A DNA stretch of 50,778 bases, taken from positions 1 to 50,778 of the forward strand of contig JAHBMJ010000328.1 in the NCBI GenBank assembly GCA_018398765.1. Reading direction: 5' to 3'. Under the pieces are notes generated by a model. The model saw nothing but the letters and a program-made list of their open reading frames with translations. It ran no database searches and was not told where the DNA came from. Below are positions 49,501 to 50,778 of this stretch, in pieces; position 1 is the stretch's first letter; every line of letters begins with the position of its first letter. This stretch comes from Chromera velia (lineage: Eukaryota). Made by a program: the position numbers and the translations under genes.

Positions 49501-50778
49501 CGCCACACTGCAAAGTCACATAGCATCCATGAATCATCGGCTGCTTTTCCTTCACTGCGAAGGATAGGGGACCTCTCCTCACTCGTTACAGTCCGATTGT
49601 ACCCGTAGCAAACCGAACAAACCAAAAAGGGAGCCCAAGAAAGAGGGAAGCCAAAAGAAAGAAAAAGAGACTCAAGACCTGCACGAAGAATCTTCTGCCA
49701 GGTTTCGCATGGACCTTTGGATGACTTGGGAGGAACGGGAATGATGCGAACACCGTGACGTGAAAGCAGAGCAGGGACGTCTCCTTCCATGAGAGCCTTT
49801 TCATTATCACAACGAAGAATGCGTGGAACTCCTACACTCAACAGCCACTCAACGACCGTCGGCATGAGGCTCTTCGTTCCCTTGGAGGAGACAGGACGGG
49901 CAATCACAAGACCTCCTGCTCGGTCAACTAAAGAAAAAACAATCGAAAGATTCTCGCGAAAAGAAACGCGATGAAGAGGAAAAGAAAGGTCGAAATCGGA
50001 AATGAACATTAGATCGGCTCAAAATTCATCGAGAAAGGAAAGATAAGAAGAAGAAGAACGAGGACGGAAGGAAGGAATCGGACATTGGATAATAGAGCAG
50101 CACAGACAGAAGCTGAGAATTGCTTCAATTTTCTTTCGTGGAATGCTCAGAAGGGAAGTTTTCTTTTTCTCTGACCACGTTGCTCGAAGCTGAGGATAGT
50201 AAGCACATCCATGCCTAAGGTGCTCATGCAGCACCGTATCCCTCAAGGCAGGAGAGCAGCCAAGCAGAGAAGCCGTTTCTCCGAAGAAGTCGTGAGAGGG
50301 AATCTCTTTCCTTCCACCCGAACGGCGAAAAGGAACACGAAAACACGTATCGGATTTCAATGGCGCAGAGAAAAGCCCCAGCACTCTCCCTTTTCCCTTC
50401 TCCTACAGCGCAGAGAGAAGCCAGAAAATGGTTAACGACAATTCACAACACAAGCAAGCAGTTCGAGACTTCCGATTTCGGGATACAAACGGTTTGGCAC
50501 ATCCGACGTTTCTTTTCGGGACACAAACAGTTTGAGACTTCCGATTTTGTCGGGACACGAACTGTAAGGGAGAGAGAGAGACTGAAAGAACAACTGGAGT
50601 GACGGCGCAGTCACTGTGCTTTGGTCAGAGATAGGGGGAAAGAGAAGAGGAAAGAAAAAAAAATCACTGCGTGCACTTAATGTTCATCTTGCTCTCAACT
50701 CACCGGCAGTGGGGCAGTGCCCCGCGTTCCTTTCCCACTCATCTGGTGGGTCCTGCCGGGCTTGATGGTTGTGAAGCT
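46518..50778 (-). mobile_element. Degenerate Ty1/copia LTR retrotransposon pol (INT-RT-RNase H), running off the window end
   Basis: HHCC-like HEHLRH..CLCC; integrase ADLMF..LRCDNE..GPCETWQK; RT KARL, DVCTAFLQ, AAYGMKDSPR, YYDDL; RNase H IFVDGG..SRSG, FDDS, HVSGKDEQLADCLTK. INT-RT-RH order is diagnostic of copia. In-frame stops at 50019, 49347, 48771 and 47088, plus a frameshift near 46900. Confidence 0.92.

Noticed and set aside
1..50778. tRNA, rRNA, telomeric arrays or spliced-leader RNA
   Set aside because: None recognised by eye; tRNAscan-SE and Infernal would be needed to exclude them.

Overview
Eukaryotic, intron-rich genomic DNA full of microsatellites ((CA)n, (GA)n, (CAGA)n, (TTTC)n), with one 20-N scaffold gap at 19117-19136. 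A signal peptide plus Phe-transit-like leader, TGCATG(CA) promoter motifs and the intron style suggest a plastid-bearing myzozoan, possibly a chromerid such as Chromera (inference only). Apparently intact genes: MFS sugar transporter (+), GT14/core-2/I-branching-like glycosyltransferase (+), MsrB (-), auxin-efflux-carrier/PILS-like transporter (+), JmjC/cupin dioxygenase (-) and a hypothetical gene with weak UBC-like motifs (+). Degenerate material: 5'-truncated LINE, 1.5-kb non-autonomous hAT-like element with TIRs, an 8-bp TSD and a cargo ORF, a truncated GH31 alpha-glucosidase spliceable to an unrelated Cys-rich TM fragment, an ankyrin-like pseudogene split across opposite strands with an inverted 8-bp duplication, a CRE-like LINE remnant, and a Ty1/copia pol with an extra domain. 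Best leads: (1) TpA-rich, CpA/TpG-poor repeat debris resembling RIP in a non-fungal genome; (2) a 42-nt hairpin element in three introns, always host-sense; (3) an extra, possibly Dam-like, domain in the copia pol; (4) the inverted-duplication breakpoint. All exon coordinates were read by hand.
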